Shown here: piece after piece, positions 1-10,294 of the stretch | Layout of the letters: every line of letters starts with the position of its first letter | How positions within the stretch are numbered: the first letter of the stretch is position 1 | Assembly: GCA_051294375.1 (NCBI GenBank) | Contig: CM119266.1 | Span: 20,810,780-20,874,779 of the forward strand | Origin: Paraspadella gotoi | Lineage: Eukaryota; Animalia; Chaetognatha | DNA: 64,000 bases | Direction of reading: 5' to 3' | Translations under genes and position numbers: made by a program | The notes under the pieces: generated by a model | The model's input: the letters and a program-made list of their open reading frames with translations, nothing else | Databases searched by the model: none | What the model was told of the DNA's origin: nothing

Positions 1-1690
1 AGAGAGAGAGAGAGAGAAAAATTGAGGGAAGAAAGTAGCCAACAAAGATGTGAGACAGGACAGTGGAGAAATGTGAGGACAGGTTTAAGTTGAGAGTGAG
101 AGAGAGACAGGGAAGCAGAGATTAACATTTAGAGAGACAATACATGAGTTAATGTACAATAATAGTAAAATTAATAAATATGTAAACAGACTTAATAGGT
201 AAACTAAATTTAAATTAGATTGAATTATGAAATTGAAATTTAGATGAAATGGAAATAAAGATGTTGAGGGATAGGAAAATAAAAGATTTAAGTGAAAAAT
301 AATAAGGATAAAAATGAGCCCACCATGGCGCAACTGGAAACTAAGCAGAAGCGTCCTAAGAACGCGAGTTAATTCCCTCCCCTGCCACCAAGGGATCGCT
401 GAAGCATTGGTGCGGGTGCTAGGAAAGCAGGGGATCTCCACTTCAGTGACGACCTGTGGCTCTTTACGTGAGCATTTGGTGAAACCAAAAGACAAAATCC
501 CCAGACCAAAAACATCAGGAGCTGTCTATTGGGTGGCCTGTGCAGGGGTGGGCAACCAACCCTGCACAGCATCATACGTGGGTGAGACAGGGAAGTCTCT
601 GACAGATCGGTTCAAACAGGATACAACCATACCGTGACTCTCGTGGTCATTTCCTGTCAGCAATAGCAGAACATTTGGCAAACACTGGCCATCTGTTCAG
701 AGAAACTGACTGTGTTGTGCTGTCCCATGACCCCAACTGGTTCTCAAGAGGTATTCGAGGCGATTTTCATCAAGGACCTCTTTGAACAGTGATGGAGGAC
801 AATTTGACCTCCCTCCAAGCTATGATTCGCTTATCCAAAGTGTGGTGGAGCGCCCCTCTCCACCACAGCTGTACAGTGATTCCCCTGCCCCCACTCAATG
901 GGTCAGGCGGAGACCTCCCGATACGCATTGGATGCCCCAGCATCTCCTGTAACAACCCAGTCCGACTCTTCTCGGATCGGGCGCCTACCAAAAAGATTGT
1001 TGCAAGAGGAGAGGGAATCTAACTACCTTTACAAAACGGGCGAGAACAAATCGCCACCCACCTCGCCAACAGGCGAGACGAGGGCCGTTGGCAGGCTTAT
1101 CAGGCCTGAAAGATATTCAAGTTTCTCTTGGTCTCTTTCCAACCATTTTGCACTCCATCACAATACCCTCTCAACCTATGACAAGCCAATGACCCGACCA
1201 CATCGCCAGCATCCCCCTTGTTGACCCGGGGAGGGACCAGCTCATTTTGAGCTTCTTTCTCCTTTTTATTTTTTTTCACTTAAATCTTTTACTTTCCTAT
1301 CCCTCAACATCTTTATTTCCATATATAAATTTAAATTTCTTAATTCAATCTGATTTAAATTTAGTTTACCTATTAAGTCTGTTTACATATTTATTAATTT
1401 TACTATTGTTGTACATTAACTAATGTATTGTCTCTCTAAATGTTAACCTCTGCTTCCCTGTCTCTCACAAATTTAATTTTCTTTTCCCTGACCTTCTCTC
1501 TCTCACTCTCTATCTCCCAACTTAAACCTGTCCTCACATTTCACCACTGTCCTGTCTCACATCTTTATTGGCTATTTTCTTCCCTCAATTTTTCTGTCTC
1601 TCTCTCAAAAGTCATAATGAAAAACCGAAAAATGTGAAATTGTCAAAACACGCTGATGAAGGCATGCAGGAAAGCTGAAACATGTCCTGC
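1..1690 (+). mobile_element. Penelope-like retroelement remnant (GIY-YIG endonuclease region plus inverted terminal copy)
   Basis: ORF 314-637 reads LPCHQGIAEALVRVL..LREHLVKPKD..SGAVYWVAC..C.ASYVGETGKSLTDRF. A frameshifted SAIAEHLANTGH follows near 658-695. This is the typical PLE RT-end/GIY-YIG pattern. Bases ~1-320 are an inverted copy of ~1240-1606. Confidence 0.85.
1653..1686 (+). ncRNA. Minimal type I hammerhead ribozyme-like motif at the end of the Penelope element (probably degenerate)
   Basis: CTGATGA(1653-1659)...GAAA-CATG-TC(1677-1686): conserved core, palindromic ACATGT stem III and a GTC cleavage triplet. Stems I and II pair imperfectly. Confidence 0.5.
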
Positions 1691-1825
1691 TATATTACAA
1701 ATCAAATCGTTGTTGATAAGACTTCAGGTAAAATTGTAGTATTTTAGTAATTTAATCATTACATGAAGGAAGAAGGAAATTTAATCTAGAATAAAATGAT
1801 TTTTGACCATTTCCTTCCCATTAAG

Positions 1826-2038
1826 ATGTCCGCCAAAGATGTTCTGGCTCAGTTTGGTATTCGAGTGTCCACTTCATTTACTTCAAGTCAAATAGCTGAG
1901 ATGCAAGATTTGTTTAATTCTAATCCCTATCCTACTAAAGATCAAAAAGAGGCTCTTGCTTTAAAAATAGGAGTTTCTTTGAAAAGATTAAACCATTGGT
2001 TTAACGACCAACGTTACAAAGAAAAAGCAAGAGACTAA
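1826..2038 (+). CDS. Homeodomain cassette exon 1
   Basis: ttaag|ATG; MSAKDVLAQFGI..FNSNPYP..HWFNDQRY*. Confidence 0.88.
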   Translation: MSAKDVLAQFGIRVSTSFTSSQIAEMQDLFNSNPYPTKDQKEALALKIGVSLKRLNHWFNDQRYKEKARD

Positions 2039-2061
2039 GTGTTTTCTCAATATTTATTTAG

Positions 2062-2265
2062 TTTTTGGAGTCCGATCGTTTTCTCTCTCTTCTTGGAATA
2101 CGTTCGTTTTCTTCCTGGAAAATATCTTTATTGAAGACTAGTTTTGACAGCGACGCTTATCCTTCCTTAGTCAAAAGAGAAAAAATCGCTAAAAAATTGT
2201 CATTATCCCGGAAGCAAGTCAGTCAATGGTTCGCCGATGCTCGTTACCGGAGCAAAAAAGTTTAA
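2062..2265 (+). CDS. Homeodomain cassette exon 2
   Basis: tttag|TTT; FLESDRFLSLLGI..FDSDAYP..QWFADARY*. Confidence 0.85.
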   Translation, partial: FLESDRFLSLLGIRSFSSWKISLLKTSFDSDAYPSLVKREKIAKKLSLSRKQVSQWFADARYRSKKV

Positions 2266-2539
2266 ATAAATTCATATTTAGATTTGAAAAAAAAAGTTTT
2301 TCTACCGGCTAAAATGTAAAAAAACTTAATTTTAAAAATTTAATCTTAAAAAAAATAATTTTTTAAAAGTTAATTTATTTAAAGTTCAATCTTTCTCTGA
2401 CAAGCATAAAAGAAGGTTTAAATGAGGAATTATACGTCCAATATGTATCAACTTTAGTTATTTATACATTTTAAATATTTTAATTGAAATCCTTTTAAAA
2501 CCTTTCGAAGCTATGAGTTTTTTTTTCCTAAATATGTAG

Positions 2540-2788
2540 GAATTTCTTTCACATTCACTTCTTTCCATCTATGGAATAAGAAGCAATGTTCATCTGACAC
2601 GAGATCACCATAGATTATTATATACTGTTCTCAAGAGCGATCCATATCCTTCCAAAGATGTAAAAGAAGACTTATCCAAGCAGATTGGGGTTTCATATAA
2701 GCAAATTGATCAGTGGTTTAGGAACCGTCGTCGAAAGAATTATAACAAAAATAGTCTTGAAAAAATCTTACATTTAAATTTAAATTAA
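2540..2788 (+). CDS. Homeodomain cassette exon 3 (absent from ORF track)
   Basis: tgtag|GAA; EFLSHSLLSIYGIRSNVHLTRDHHRLLYTVLKSDPYPSKDVKEDLSKQIGVSYKQIDQWFRNRRRK..*. Confidence 0.85.
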   Translation, partial: EFLSHSLLSIYGIRSNVHLTRDHHRLLYTVLKSDPYPSKDVKEDLSKQIGVSYKQIDQWFRNRRRKNYNKNSLEKILHLNLN

Positions 2789-2803
2789 CTGTACTTTCAA
2801 TAG

Positions 2804-3028
2804 GATGTAATCGCCGATTCTGTTTTGAATTTATTCGGAATTCGAACAAAAACTCCTTTGACGAAGGCACAGTATAGAATTCTGCATTCAAGTTTCTCTG
2901 AAAATCCTTACCCGTCAAAAGAAGTAAAGATGCGTCTGTCCACCGAGATGGGTCTTCCTTTTGCGAAAGTTAATCAGTGGTTTAAAGATCAGAGAAAAAA
3001 AAATCAAACATCTGATCATAATTCTTAG
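2804..3028 (+). CDS. Homeodomain cassette exon 4
   Basis: caatag|GAT; DVIADSVLNLFGI..FSENPYP..QWFKDQRKK*. Confidence 0.88.
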   Translation, partial: DVIADSVLNLFGIRTKTPLTKAQYRILHSSFSENPYPSKEVKMRLSTEMGLPFAKVNQWFKDQRKKNQTSDHNS

Positions 3029-3154
3029 TTTTAAGTTATGTTCAAATTAAAATATTAAAATTTTATGAGAAAAGTTTGATTTAGAATTAGACAACGATTT
3101 TGTTTTATTAGAATAAAATGGACAATTAATAAAAATTATTACCTAATTACCCAA

Positions 3155-3241
3155 ACCATTTTAACCCTAACTACCCTTAATCCTAAACCACCCCTAAACG
3201 ATCCTTAACCCTAACCCTTAATCCCGGCGAAAGTAAAATTA
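3155..3241. repeat. Partial copy of a small element containing degenerate CCCTAA repeats
   Basis: taaccctaa-like units ending in CGGCGAAAGTAAAATT, the same end as the copies at 10.1 kb and 52.6 kb. Confidence 0.6.
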
Positions 3242-3614
3242 ACCCAAAACATGTTAAAAATTAATTTTTAAAATTAATATTTAAATTCTCTGAAATGGAA
3301 AATTAGTTTAATTGAAATGTATGTTTATGGTTAATTTGCTTTGCTTTTGATTAAAGAATGGTTTTAGAAAAACAATACTAATGTTTGTGGATTCCCTCTT
3401 ATTGTCATCTGGAATTTTTGTTGGTTATTCAAGATTTTTTATTTTAATTCATAGATATGAATGTGGCAATCCAGGATTTGGTAATAGATTTTGAGATAGA
3501 TCCTAGCAAATGATCATTTTTACCTATTGTTAAATGTCCATTGGTTAAGAAAGATTGAAAAACTTTTGAATATTTGATCAGCCTTTGGTAATTGACTTAA
3601 AATTTGATATTTAG

Positions 3615-3809
3615 GAAATATTGTCTCAGTTCGGCATTAGGGTAAATGTCCCATTTACTCCACTTCAACTGGCTGTTCTGAGATCTGAATTTGAAAAGAA
3701 TCAATATCCTACTGTTGAAGAAAGAGAGAATTTGGCCCGCGATTTAAGTTTGCCTGTGAAGAAAATCAGTCAGTGGTTCTTTGATAGGAGAAGACGAGGA
3801 AAAAACTAA
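3615..3809 (+). CDS. Homeodomain cassette exon 5
   Basis: tttag|GAA; EILSQFGI..FEKNQYP..QWFFDRRRR*. Confidence 0.88.
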   Translation, partial: EILSQFGIRVNVPFTPLQLAVLRSEFEKNQYPTVEERENLARDLSLPVKKISQWFFDRRRRGKN

Positions 3810-3867
3810 GTGGCTTAACGGTATTAAATTATTTTGTAAATTTGGTGTTTAAAATTAAATTAAACAG

Positions 3868-4077
3868 GTGGGCGAAGATTTGTTGTCACATTTTGGGATT
3901 CGACAAAGACAAGGATTGACGGAGGATCAAAAAAAAATTTTGCTAGATGCTTTTATAAAAAATCGTTACCCTGATCGCGATGAGAGGAGGCATCTCTCTC
4001 TAATAACGAAGATATCGCCTAAAAGGATTGATCAGTGGTTTTATAACCGCAGAAGGCACATATCCCCTCATGAGTAA
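3868..4077 (+). CDS. Homeodomain cassette exon 6
   Basis: aacag|GTG; VGEDLLSHFGI..FIKNRYP..QWFYNRRR*. Confidence 0.88.
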   Translation: MGEDLLSHFGIRQRQGLTEDQKKILLDAFIKNRYPDRDERRHLSLITKISPKRIDQWFYNRRRHISPHE

Positions 4078-4096
4078 TCTCAGTTTGTTTTCTTAG

Positions 4097-4303
4097 GAAT
4101 ATACAACGATTTTGTCTCACTTGGGAATAAAGTTTCAATTCAATGATGATCAACGTAAATTATTGGCGATGTACTATGAAAAAAACGCTTATCCAACCCG
4201 GGAAGAGAAAGAATTAATATCTAGGGACGTGGGAGCGTCAACCAAGCGCGTCAGCGAGTGGTTCGCCGATGAGAGAAAACGCAGGAAGAAGGATAGAAAG
4301 TAG
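4097..4303 (+). CDS. Homeodomain cassette exon 7
   Basis: tcttag|GAA; EYTTILSHLGI..YEKNAYP..EWFADERKRR*. Confidence 0.88.
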   Translation, partial: EYTTILSHLGIKFQFNDDQRKLLAMYYEKNAYPTREEKELISRDVGASTKRVSEWFADERKRRKKDRK

Positions 4304-4322
4304 AATATATATTTTTTTTTAG

Positions 4323-4550
4323 GATAGCAGGCTTCGGCAGGGCGTTCTATCCAAACTTGGTATATGTGACCGAATTAGTTTCAACTCGGAGCAGAAAGAG
4401 ATATTAAGAATCGCATTTAACGAGAATCCATACCCTTCCAAAGAAGAAAAAGAGGGCATAGCTACAAGTATGGGTGTAAGCATTCAAAAAATCATTGATT
4501 GGTTTTTCGATGAGCGTAAACGTAGAAAGAAAAAATGGAAACCAGTTTAA
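4323..4550 (+). CDS. Homeodomain cassette exon 8 (absent from ORF track)
   Basis: ttttag|GAT; DSRLRQGVLSKLGICDRISFNSEQKEILRIAFNENPYPSKEEKEGIATSMGVSIQKIIDWFFDERKRRKKKWKPV*. Confidence 0.87.
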   Translation, partial: DSRLRQGVLSKLGICDRISFNSEQKEILRIAFNENPYPSKEEKEGIATSMGVSIQKIIDWFFDERKRRKKKWKPV

Positions 4551-4627
4551 TAAACTTTTTTAAAAATTTAGTTTTGATATTGTAGTTCTCTATTACAACT
4601 TTTAAATTTATTCTCCAATCTTATAAG

Positions 4628-4834
4628 GATCTTCTTTCTCGATTTGGGATAAGAAGTGTAATCCCGTTTTCGGTAGAAGAACAAAAGTTTTTGAATGAAA
4701 AGTTCAACATAAATCCATACCCATCGAAAGAGGAACGAGAAAATTTTGCCCTAACTTTAGGGTATCCTTTTAAAAAAATTGACAATTGGTTTTTACAAAA
4801 GAGATTTAAGGTCAATAAATCTAAATCTAGATAA
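4628..4834 (+). CDS. Homeodomain cassette exon 9 (absent from ORF track)
   Basis: tataag|GAT; DLLSRFGIRSVIPFSVEEQKFLNEKFNINPYPSKEERENFALTLGYPFKKIDNWFLQKRFK..*. Confidence 0.85.
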   Translation, partial: DLLSRFGIRSVIPFSVEEQKFLNEKFNINPYPSKEERENFALTLGYPFKKIDNWFLQKRFKVNKSKSR

Positions 4835-4852
4835 TTCATGTTCTTTACTTAG

Positions 4853-5056
4853 GGCGCCGCCAATTTGTTATCAGCATTTGGAATTATTGAAAGACAAATG
4901 TTTAGTTCAGAAGAGCGGCGTTATTTGTTAGAGCAATTCGAAAGAAATCCGTATCCTTCTAAAGATGAGAAACAGAAAATGGCTGTATGTATTAACAGTA
5001 CCGTTAAAAGAGTCAACCAATGGTTTGTGGATGAAAGAAATAGAAGGAAAAAATGA
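4853..5056 (+). CDS. Homeodomain cassette exon 10
   Basis: acttag|GGC; GAANLLSAFGI..FERNPYP..QWFVDERNRR*. Confidence 0.88.
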   Translation, partial: GAANLLSAFGIIERQMFSSEERRYLLEQFERNPYPSKDEKQKMAVCINSTVKRVNQWFVDERNRRKK

Positions 5057-5268
5057 TTTTGATAATTAATGTCATTGACTTTGTGTACAAAGATAGCATT
5101 AACATATATTGATTTAATAAAATGTTCTGAATTCTGTTAAAATTGCTTCGTAACTTTATATTTGAGATAGTTTTTTCAATTTAAGATACTTGTTAAAGAG
5201 TTAAAATTTTAAGTAGGGAGATAGAAAATATCTCGGTATTGATTTATTGATTATTATGCTTTTGTTAG

Positions 5269-5472
5269 GATTTAACCGAGATGTTTGGTATAATCTTCAA
5301 ATTTCAATTTTCAAAAGAACAAAGAAATCATCTTCTTAATTACTTCAATCAAGACAGTTATCCATCAAAAGACGATAAAGTAAAACTTGCCTGCGATATT
5401 GGTTCAACGTATAAACAAGTGAATAAATGGTTTAATGATGAAAGACGACGAAGAAAATTAAAACCTAAGTAA
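5269..5472 (+). CDS. Homeodomain cassette exon 11
   Basis: tgttag|GAT; DLTEMFGI..FNQDSYP..KWFNDERRRR*. Confidence 0.88.
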   Translation, partial: DLTEMFGIIFKFQFSKEQRNHLLNYFNQDSYPSKDDKVKLACDIGSTYKQVNKWFNDERRRRKLKPK

Positions 5473-5566
5473 CATATTTATTCACACATTAGCAAATTTT
5501 ATAATTAGAAAAGCTATATTCGTCCAACTCCTGCGTGTCAACATTTGTGATTATATTAATTTATAG

Positions 5567-5773
5567 ATAAATAACAAGGTTTTATCACTATTCGGCATTC
5601 GCTCCGTCATTAAAATTACACCAAAACAAAGACTATATTTAAGCGCGGTATTTAAAAAAAATCAGCACCCTTCTAAGAAAGAATATTCCAATTTAGCTTC
5701 GGAATTAAATTTGCCTCAAAAAAAGATTGAGAAATGGTTTTGGGACCAGAGAGCTAAGTTATCTAAACGCTGA
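5567..5773 (+). CDS. Homeodomain cassette exon 12 (absent from ORF track)
   Basis: ttatag|ATA; INNKVLSLFGIRSVIKITPKQRLYLSAVFKKNQHPSKKEYSNLASELNLPQKKIEKWFWDQRAKLSKR*. Confidence 0.85.
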   Translation: MNNKVLSLFGIRSVIKITPKQRLYLSAVFKKNQHPSKKEYSNLASELNLPQKKIEKWFWDQRAKLSKR

Positions 5774-5819
5774 CTGTCGAATATTATTTTGAAATGGGAA
5801 AATTCAGCTGCTCATGAAC

Positions 5820-6260
5820 GTTCTTTTTATCGTCGCAATCCTTTTTATTCCTTCTTTCCTTTCTATTCTTTCTTTTCTTTTTTCTTCCTTCTCATCTTTC
5901 TTTCCTTTCTATTCTTCTTTCCTTTCTATTTTCTTCTTTCTTTTTGTCTTTCCTTTTCTTTTTTTTCCTTTCTATTTTTTCTTTCCTTTCTATTTTTTCT
6001 TTCCTTTCTTTTCTTTTTTTCCTTTCTATTTTTTTTTCCTTTCTATTCTTTCCTTTCTATTCTTTTCTTTCTTTCTATTCTTTCTTTCCTTTCTATTCTT
6101 TCTTTCCTTTCTATTCTTTCTTTCCTTTATTTTTTTCTTTTCTTTTCTTTCTTTCCTTTCTTTTCTTTCTCTTCTTTCTTTCCTTTCTTTTCTTTCTTTC
6201 CTTATATTTATTCTTTTCTTCTTTTACTTTGTTTATAAATTAATTTTCTTTTCTCAAATT
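5820..6260. repeat. Polypyrimidine (TTTC/TTTCC) low-complexity tract
   Basis: Almost purely T/C; produces the spurious F/S/L ORFs in the track. Confidence 0.9.
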
Positions 6261-6490
6261 TGATTTTTTTTTAGTATAAAAATTTGTCGTCATTCCAGAT
6301 TTTTCTTATGCAATTGCGACGATCCTTATGCTTTTAAGATTTTTTATTTTATTTCCACAAGTGAGAATTCCTTTCAGTTCCATTTTAACCATTGCGTTTT
6401 AGATTGAAGATTTCAGTGAATTATATTTGTTTTCACAATAGTAGTTAAATCAATTAAATTATGTTTTCTCGTGGTTAATTTATTTAACAG

Positions 6491-6694
6491 ATTGGTGATG
6501 AGGTTCTATCCCACTTTGGCATACGATCCGTTGTTATGATAGGCCCAGAACAAAAGCATTATTTGCAAGAAATTTTCAAAACAACTCCTTATCCTTCCAA
6601 GGAACAATGCGCTAAAATTGCATCCGATTTGGGTTATACCGTGAAGAAAGTGGAGAAATGGTTCCGTTATCAGAGGTCCAAAGTTAAGCGTTAG
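6491..6694 (+). CDS. Homeodomain cassette exon 13 (absent from ORF track)
   Basis: aacag|ATT; IGDEVLSHFGIRSVVMIGPEQKHYLQEIFKTTPYPSKEQCAKIASDLGYTVKKVEKWFRYQRSKVKR*. Confidence 0.86.
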   Translation: MGDEVLSHFGIRSVVMIGPEQKHYLQEIFKTTPYPSKEQCAKIASDLGYTVKKVEKWFRYQRSKVKR

Positions 6695-6848
6695 GAAGAA
6701 TGCATTTAATTCAATTTAACTATATAATAATCCATAAACAATAAGTACTTTTACAAATTTCTGCTTTCGTGTAATATTATTGAAAAAATAGGATAGAGGC
6801 AAATGAAAGTGGGAAGTTATGTTAAATTTTTTTGAAAATTTCTTTCAG

Positions 6849-7049
6849 GGTGACGATTTATTATCTTTATTTGGAATACGGTCTTTAACTCGGTTAGATC
6901 CGGTTCACAATAAGCTCCTTAATAAAGTTTTTTTTGAAAATCCGAACCCTACCAAAAATGAAAAACAGGATTTAGCCAATAGAATTGGAGTAACCCTGTC
7001 AAAAATTGACAAATGGTTTTATGATAAATCTAGACGTTCAAAGAAGTAG
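6849..7049 (+). CDS. Homeodomain cassette exon 14
   Basis: tttcag|GGT; GDDLLSLFGI..FFENPNP..KWFYDKSRR*. Confidence 0.86.
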   Translation, partial: GDDLLSLFGIRSLTRLDPVHNKLLNKVFFENPNPTKNEKQDLANRIGVTLSKIDKWFYDKSRRSKK

Positions 7050-7422
7050 CCGTGGTTCCATTAATTAATTTACGTATAAGAAACTTTTCTGTTGGTTTAA
7101 TATTACTCAGCTTATGATTTATCAGATCATTATGGCTACAGCAATGCTATTGGAATGACGTTCGACCTTATTGCCGTTTATCGATTGTTATTATTTATTT
7201 AAAATATTTGTATTTAAAATATATTCATAGGCATTCAATTAACAACCAAAAAATCATAAGGAGGGTAAAATGAGTGGTCGTTACCCATATTGTTTATTCA
7301 AATTTTCGATAAAAATCGTTATGAACACCGTAACGTCGTAATCATGTTATAATTTATGCGAGACTTTTTCTCAGGTTACGTTGTCATTACGTCATAAACC
7401 TTGTCTGAGATTTTTTTGTTTA

Positions 7423-8340
7423 CATGGTGACACACGACAGCCCGCCGTTAAAAAAAATTTTCATTTGCAAACTTGTAAAAATTTTTTTAATTTGAAAATT
7501 TTTTTTTTATAATAAGAAGATTTGACTTGGCAATGAGAGAAGAAAGTTGCCTTGAAAATCGTGTTTTATTTTAAAACTCTTTTTTTTTCTTCAATCTGTT
7601 TGTTTAACTTTTTAAACATTTTTTTAAAAAAATTATATAAAAAGGTATTAATATTAATATCTTTTGAAAGCTCTTAAAAATATAAAGAGAATGGCATAAT
7701 TAAAAATACTGTAATATAAAATTAGCTTATACAGCTTTAAAAAGTAAAAAAGGTAAAAAAGGTATCAAAATTAAGATAATTATTAAATTAAAAATTCTTA
7801 AAAAAGAGTAGTTTTGGAATAATTATTAAATTATTATTAGCTATTTTAATTTATTTTTTTAAAGCTTTTTATGATACCTATATAAACAATAATTAGTAAA
7901 ATCATTATAATAAAAACAGGTCAGATATTTAAAAAAAATATATTTTAAGATTTTATTATTTCAATTTAAGTTATCTGATTAAAACTAAAGCTGGTTAAGC
8001 TTATTTTCATGTTATAATATTCTTAATATGTCATTTTCTACAAATTTTTAAGAGCTTTCAGAAGATTTTAATATTGATACCTTTTTATATAAAAGTTTTT
8101 TAAAAAAATGTTCATAAAGTTACATAAAAAGATTGAAAAAAAAAATGTTTTAAAATGAAAGACAATTTTTAAGCAACTTTCCCAGTCATTGCCAAGTCAA
8201 TTATAACCAATCAATATGAAATTTAGATATATAAATGATTTAGGTTTTTACTACAAAAAAAATATTTCAGATTAAAATAATCTTCACAAGTTTTCAAATG
8301 ACGATTTTTTTTTATCGGCGGGCTGTCGTGTGTCACCTTG
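7423..8340. mobile_element. Tc1/mariner-type non-autonomous element (MITE) with long inverted arms
   Basis: TA|CATGGTGACACACGACAGCCCGCCG...CGGCGGGCTGTCGTGTGTCACCTTG|TA. TA target duplication; internal arms are also inverted; no ORF. Confidence 0.85.
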
Positions 8341-8529
8341 TATTTTTGGCGGACTAAAATATAGTTTTAATCCTTAATTTTAAGCTTAAGCTTCATTCTC
8401 TTTTCGTAACCATATATTGAATTTCACTCAAGGGATCTATCTTCCAGCCCTGTAAATTTATACTTACAATCAGTCATTTTAATGAATATTAAATTTTATA
8501 TTATTGTGAGGATTTTATATTGTTTCTAG

Positions 8530-8739
8530 GATACGGTCCTCGCTCTTTTTGGAATAAGATCAAGCACGCAGTTGTCAGAAACTCAAAAACATATACTTCA
8601 CACCGTTTTCAATGAGAATCAATACCCTTCTAAACAAGTTAAAATGGATCTCGCCAATCAAATTGGATTAAATTACAAGCAGATCGAACAGTGGTTTTGG
8701 AACAGAAGGCATAAAGCGAATAAGAAAAGTAATTCTTAG
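8530..8739 (+). CDS. Homeodomain cassette exon 15 (absent from ORF track)
   Basis: ttctag|GAT; DTVLALFGIRSSTQLSETQKHILHTVFNENQYPSKQVKMDLANQIGLNYKQIEQWFWNRRHK..*. Confidence 0.87.
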   Translation, partial: DTVLALFGIRSSTQLSETQKHILHTVFNENQYPSKQVKMDLANQIGLNYKQIEQWFWNRRHKANKKSNS

Positions 8740-9023
8740 TGTGATAAATACAGGTGGAGCTTTTCCTTCTTTAAAAATAAATTTTAAATAATTTTTTATG
8801 AAATTTAGAATTCTTTTATTAAACGAAATTATAGTTTTTATTTATCATTACAAATCCTTAAACGACATTCAATAAGTCAACCCTAAAATCATTTTGGCTG
8901 CTGTTAGGTTTAGTATTAAGCGTTTACTCTAATTTTATTGTTGTTCTTCAAATTTCATAGATAGATATAAACAAAAATCATAATAAAAGTTTTGTAACGG
9001 TTTTTCTTTGCGTCATTGAAAAG

Positions 9024-9263
9024 GTTAACGAATTACTGGGAGCTTCTAATTTGTTGGAGCGATTTGGCATTCGCTTGAACTGGTGCCCAAGCAAGGAGCA
9101 GTTACAGATGCTGCGTTCTGCCTTTGCCGTGAACCAGTACCCTACCCGAAGCGAAAAGGAACAGTTTGCCGATTCGTTAGGCATAACCCTTCGCAATGTC
9201 GACAATTGGTTTAGAGCCAGACGAGATTCCGCTAAAAAAGCGGCCAGGGAAAAGCGTCCGTAG
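9024..9263 (+). CDS. Homeodomain cassette exon 16
   Basis: gaaaag|GTT (weaker acceptor, so the start is less certain); ..SNLLERFGI..FAVNQYP..NWFRARR*. Confidence 0.8.
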   Translation, partial: VNELLGASNLLERFGIRLNWCPSKEQLQMLRSAFAVNQYPTRSEKEQFADSLGITLRNVDNWFRARRDSAKKAAREKRP

Positions 9264-9366
9264 TCGAAATTTCGAGCCGATATTTCTTGACCTTAGTCCA
9301 AGGATTTCGTGTTTGCTTCGGTTTTAATTCAAATTTTATATCATTCAATTACTCCCTTATACTTAG

Positions 9367-9594
9367 GTCTCGTCATCCACTCTCCTCGCTAAATTTGGTA
9401 TCGCGGATCGGGTTCAGTGGAACTCGGAACAAGTAGCGACGCTTAAAGAGTTTTATCTTCATAACCAGTACCCCACTAGGGTAGAAAAAGAGGAATTGGC
9501 TCTAAAGTTAGGGAACTGCACTCCTAAGCACGTTAACAATTGGTTTTACTGGAGGAGGCAGTCTGACCGGAAATCATCGAGACCTAAAATGTAG
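9367..9594 (+). CDS. Homeodomain cassette exon 17 (absent from ORF track)
   Basis: acttag|GTC; VSSSTLLAKFGIADRVQWNSEQVATLKEFYLHNQYPTRVEKEELALKLGNCTPKHVNNWFYWRRQ..*. Confidence 0.86.
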   Translation, partial: VSSSTLLAKFGIADRVQWNSEQVATLKEFYLHNQYPTRVEKEELALKLGNCTPKHVNNWFYWRRQSDRKSSRPKM

Positions 9595-9785
9595 TTACGA
9601 TTTTATTTTATTTTTTTTTTGCCAGTGTTTGTTTCAATTGTGATGTATTTTTATTTCTTAAGCTTGGTAAATTTATACTTTTGTTAACATAACCTAGAAT
9701 ACATATGAATGTCAGTATCGATCTTTCCTCCTATGCGCAAGGTCTGGGCCATGCGATCGGTTAGTGATTCGGTTTATTATTTCAG

Positions 9786-10001
9786 AATCAAAGCGACATT
9801 CTTGCACAGTTTGGGATCTCGGAGAGAATATCATGGACCTCGCACCAAACTTCCATTTTGCGAGACTTTTACGCCGTCAAACCTTATCCTTCCCCCGCTG
9901 AGAGACGTTCACTTTCTGTGCGTTTGGGTTGTTCCCCTAAAAACGTTAACAATTGGTTTTCTTGGAAACGGTATATAGATAATAAGGCAAAGCCCAAGTA
10001 A
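9786..10001 (+). CDS. Homeodomain cassette exon 18 (absent from ORF track in this frame)
   Basis: tttcag|AAT; NQSDILAQFGISERISWTSHQTSILRDFYAVKPYPSPAERRSLSVRLGCSPKNVNNWFSWKRY..*. Confidence 0.86.
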   Translation, partial: NQSDILAQFGISERISWTSHQTSILRDFYAVKPYPSPAERRSLSVRLGCSPKNVNNWFSWKRYIDNKAKPK

Positions 10002-10100
10002 ATCGGTTTACTTGAAAACTTATTTCTTAAAATAAATTCGCCATAAAATGGTCAAGGCCAGAAATTTAAGTTAGCAATTAAAATAAAAATTCGGAATTAC

Positions 10101-10254
10101 TTTTACTTTCACCGACCGGGGTTAGGGTTAAGGATGGTTTAAAGGTAGTTTAGGGTTAGGGGTGGTTAGCGTTAAAAGGGTTTAGGGTTAGGGTAATTAA
10201 GTAATATTTTTTTTCAAAATAAGTATTTTTAAGTGGTCGGTGAAAGTCAAATTT
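10101..10254. mobile_element. Small TIR element with internal TTAGGG-like repeats
   Basis: Inverted ends TACTTTCACCGACC / GGTCGGTGAAAGT flank degenerate GGGTTA repeats. Confidence 0.65.
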
Positions 10255-10294
10255 AACCAAAATTGGCTTGTTGGGCGGAACGCGTGCTTTGTAG

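Noticed and set aside
1-1825. Shared constant exon upstream of the array
   Set aside because: The region is explained by the Penelope remnant, and no convincing coding exon with a phase-0 donor was found.
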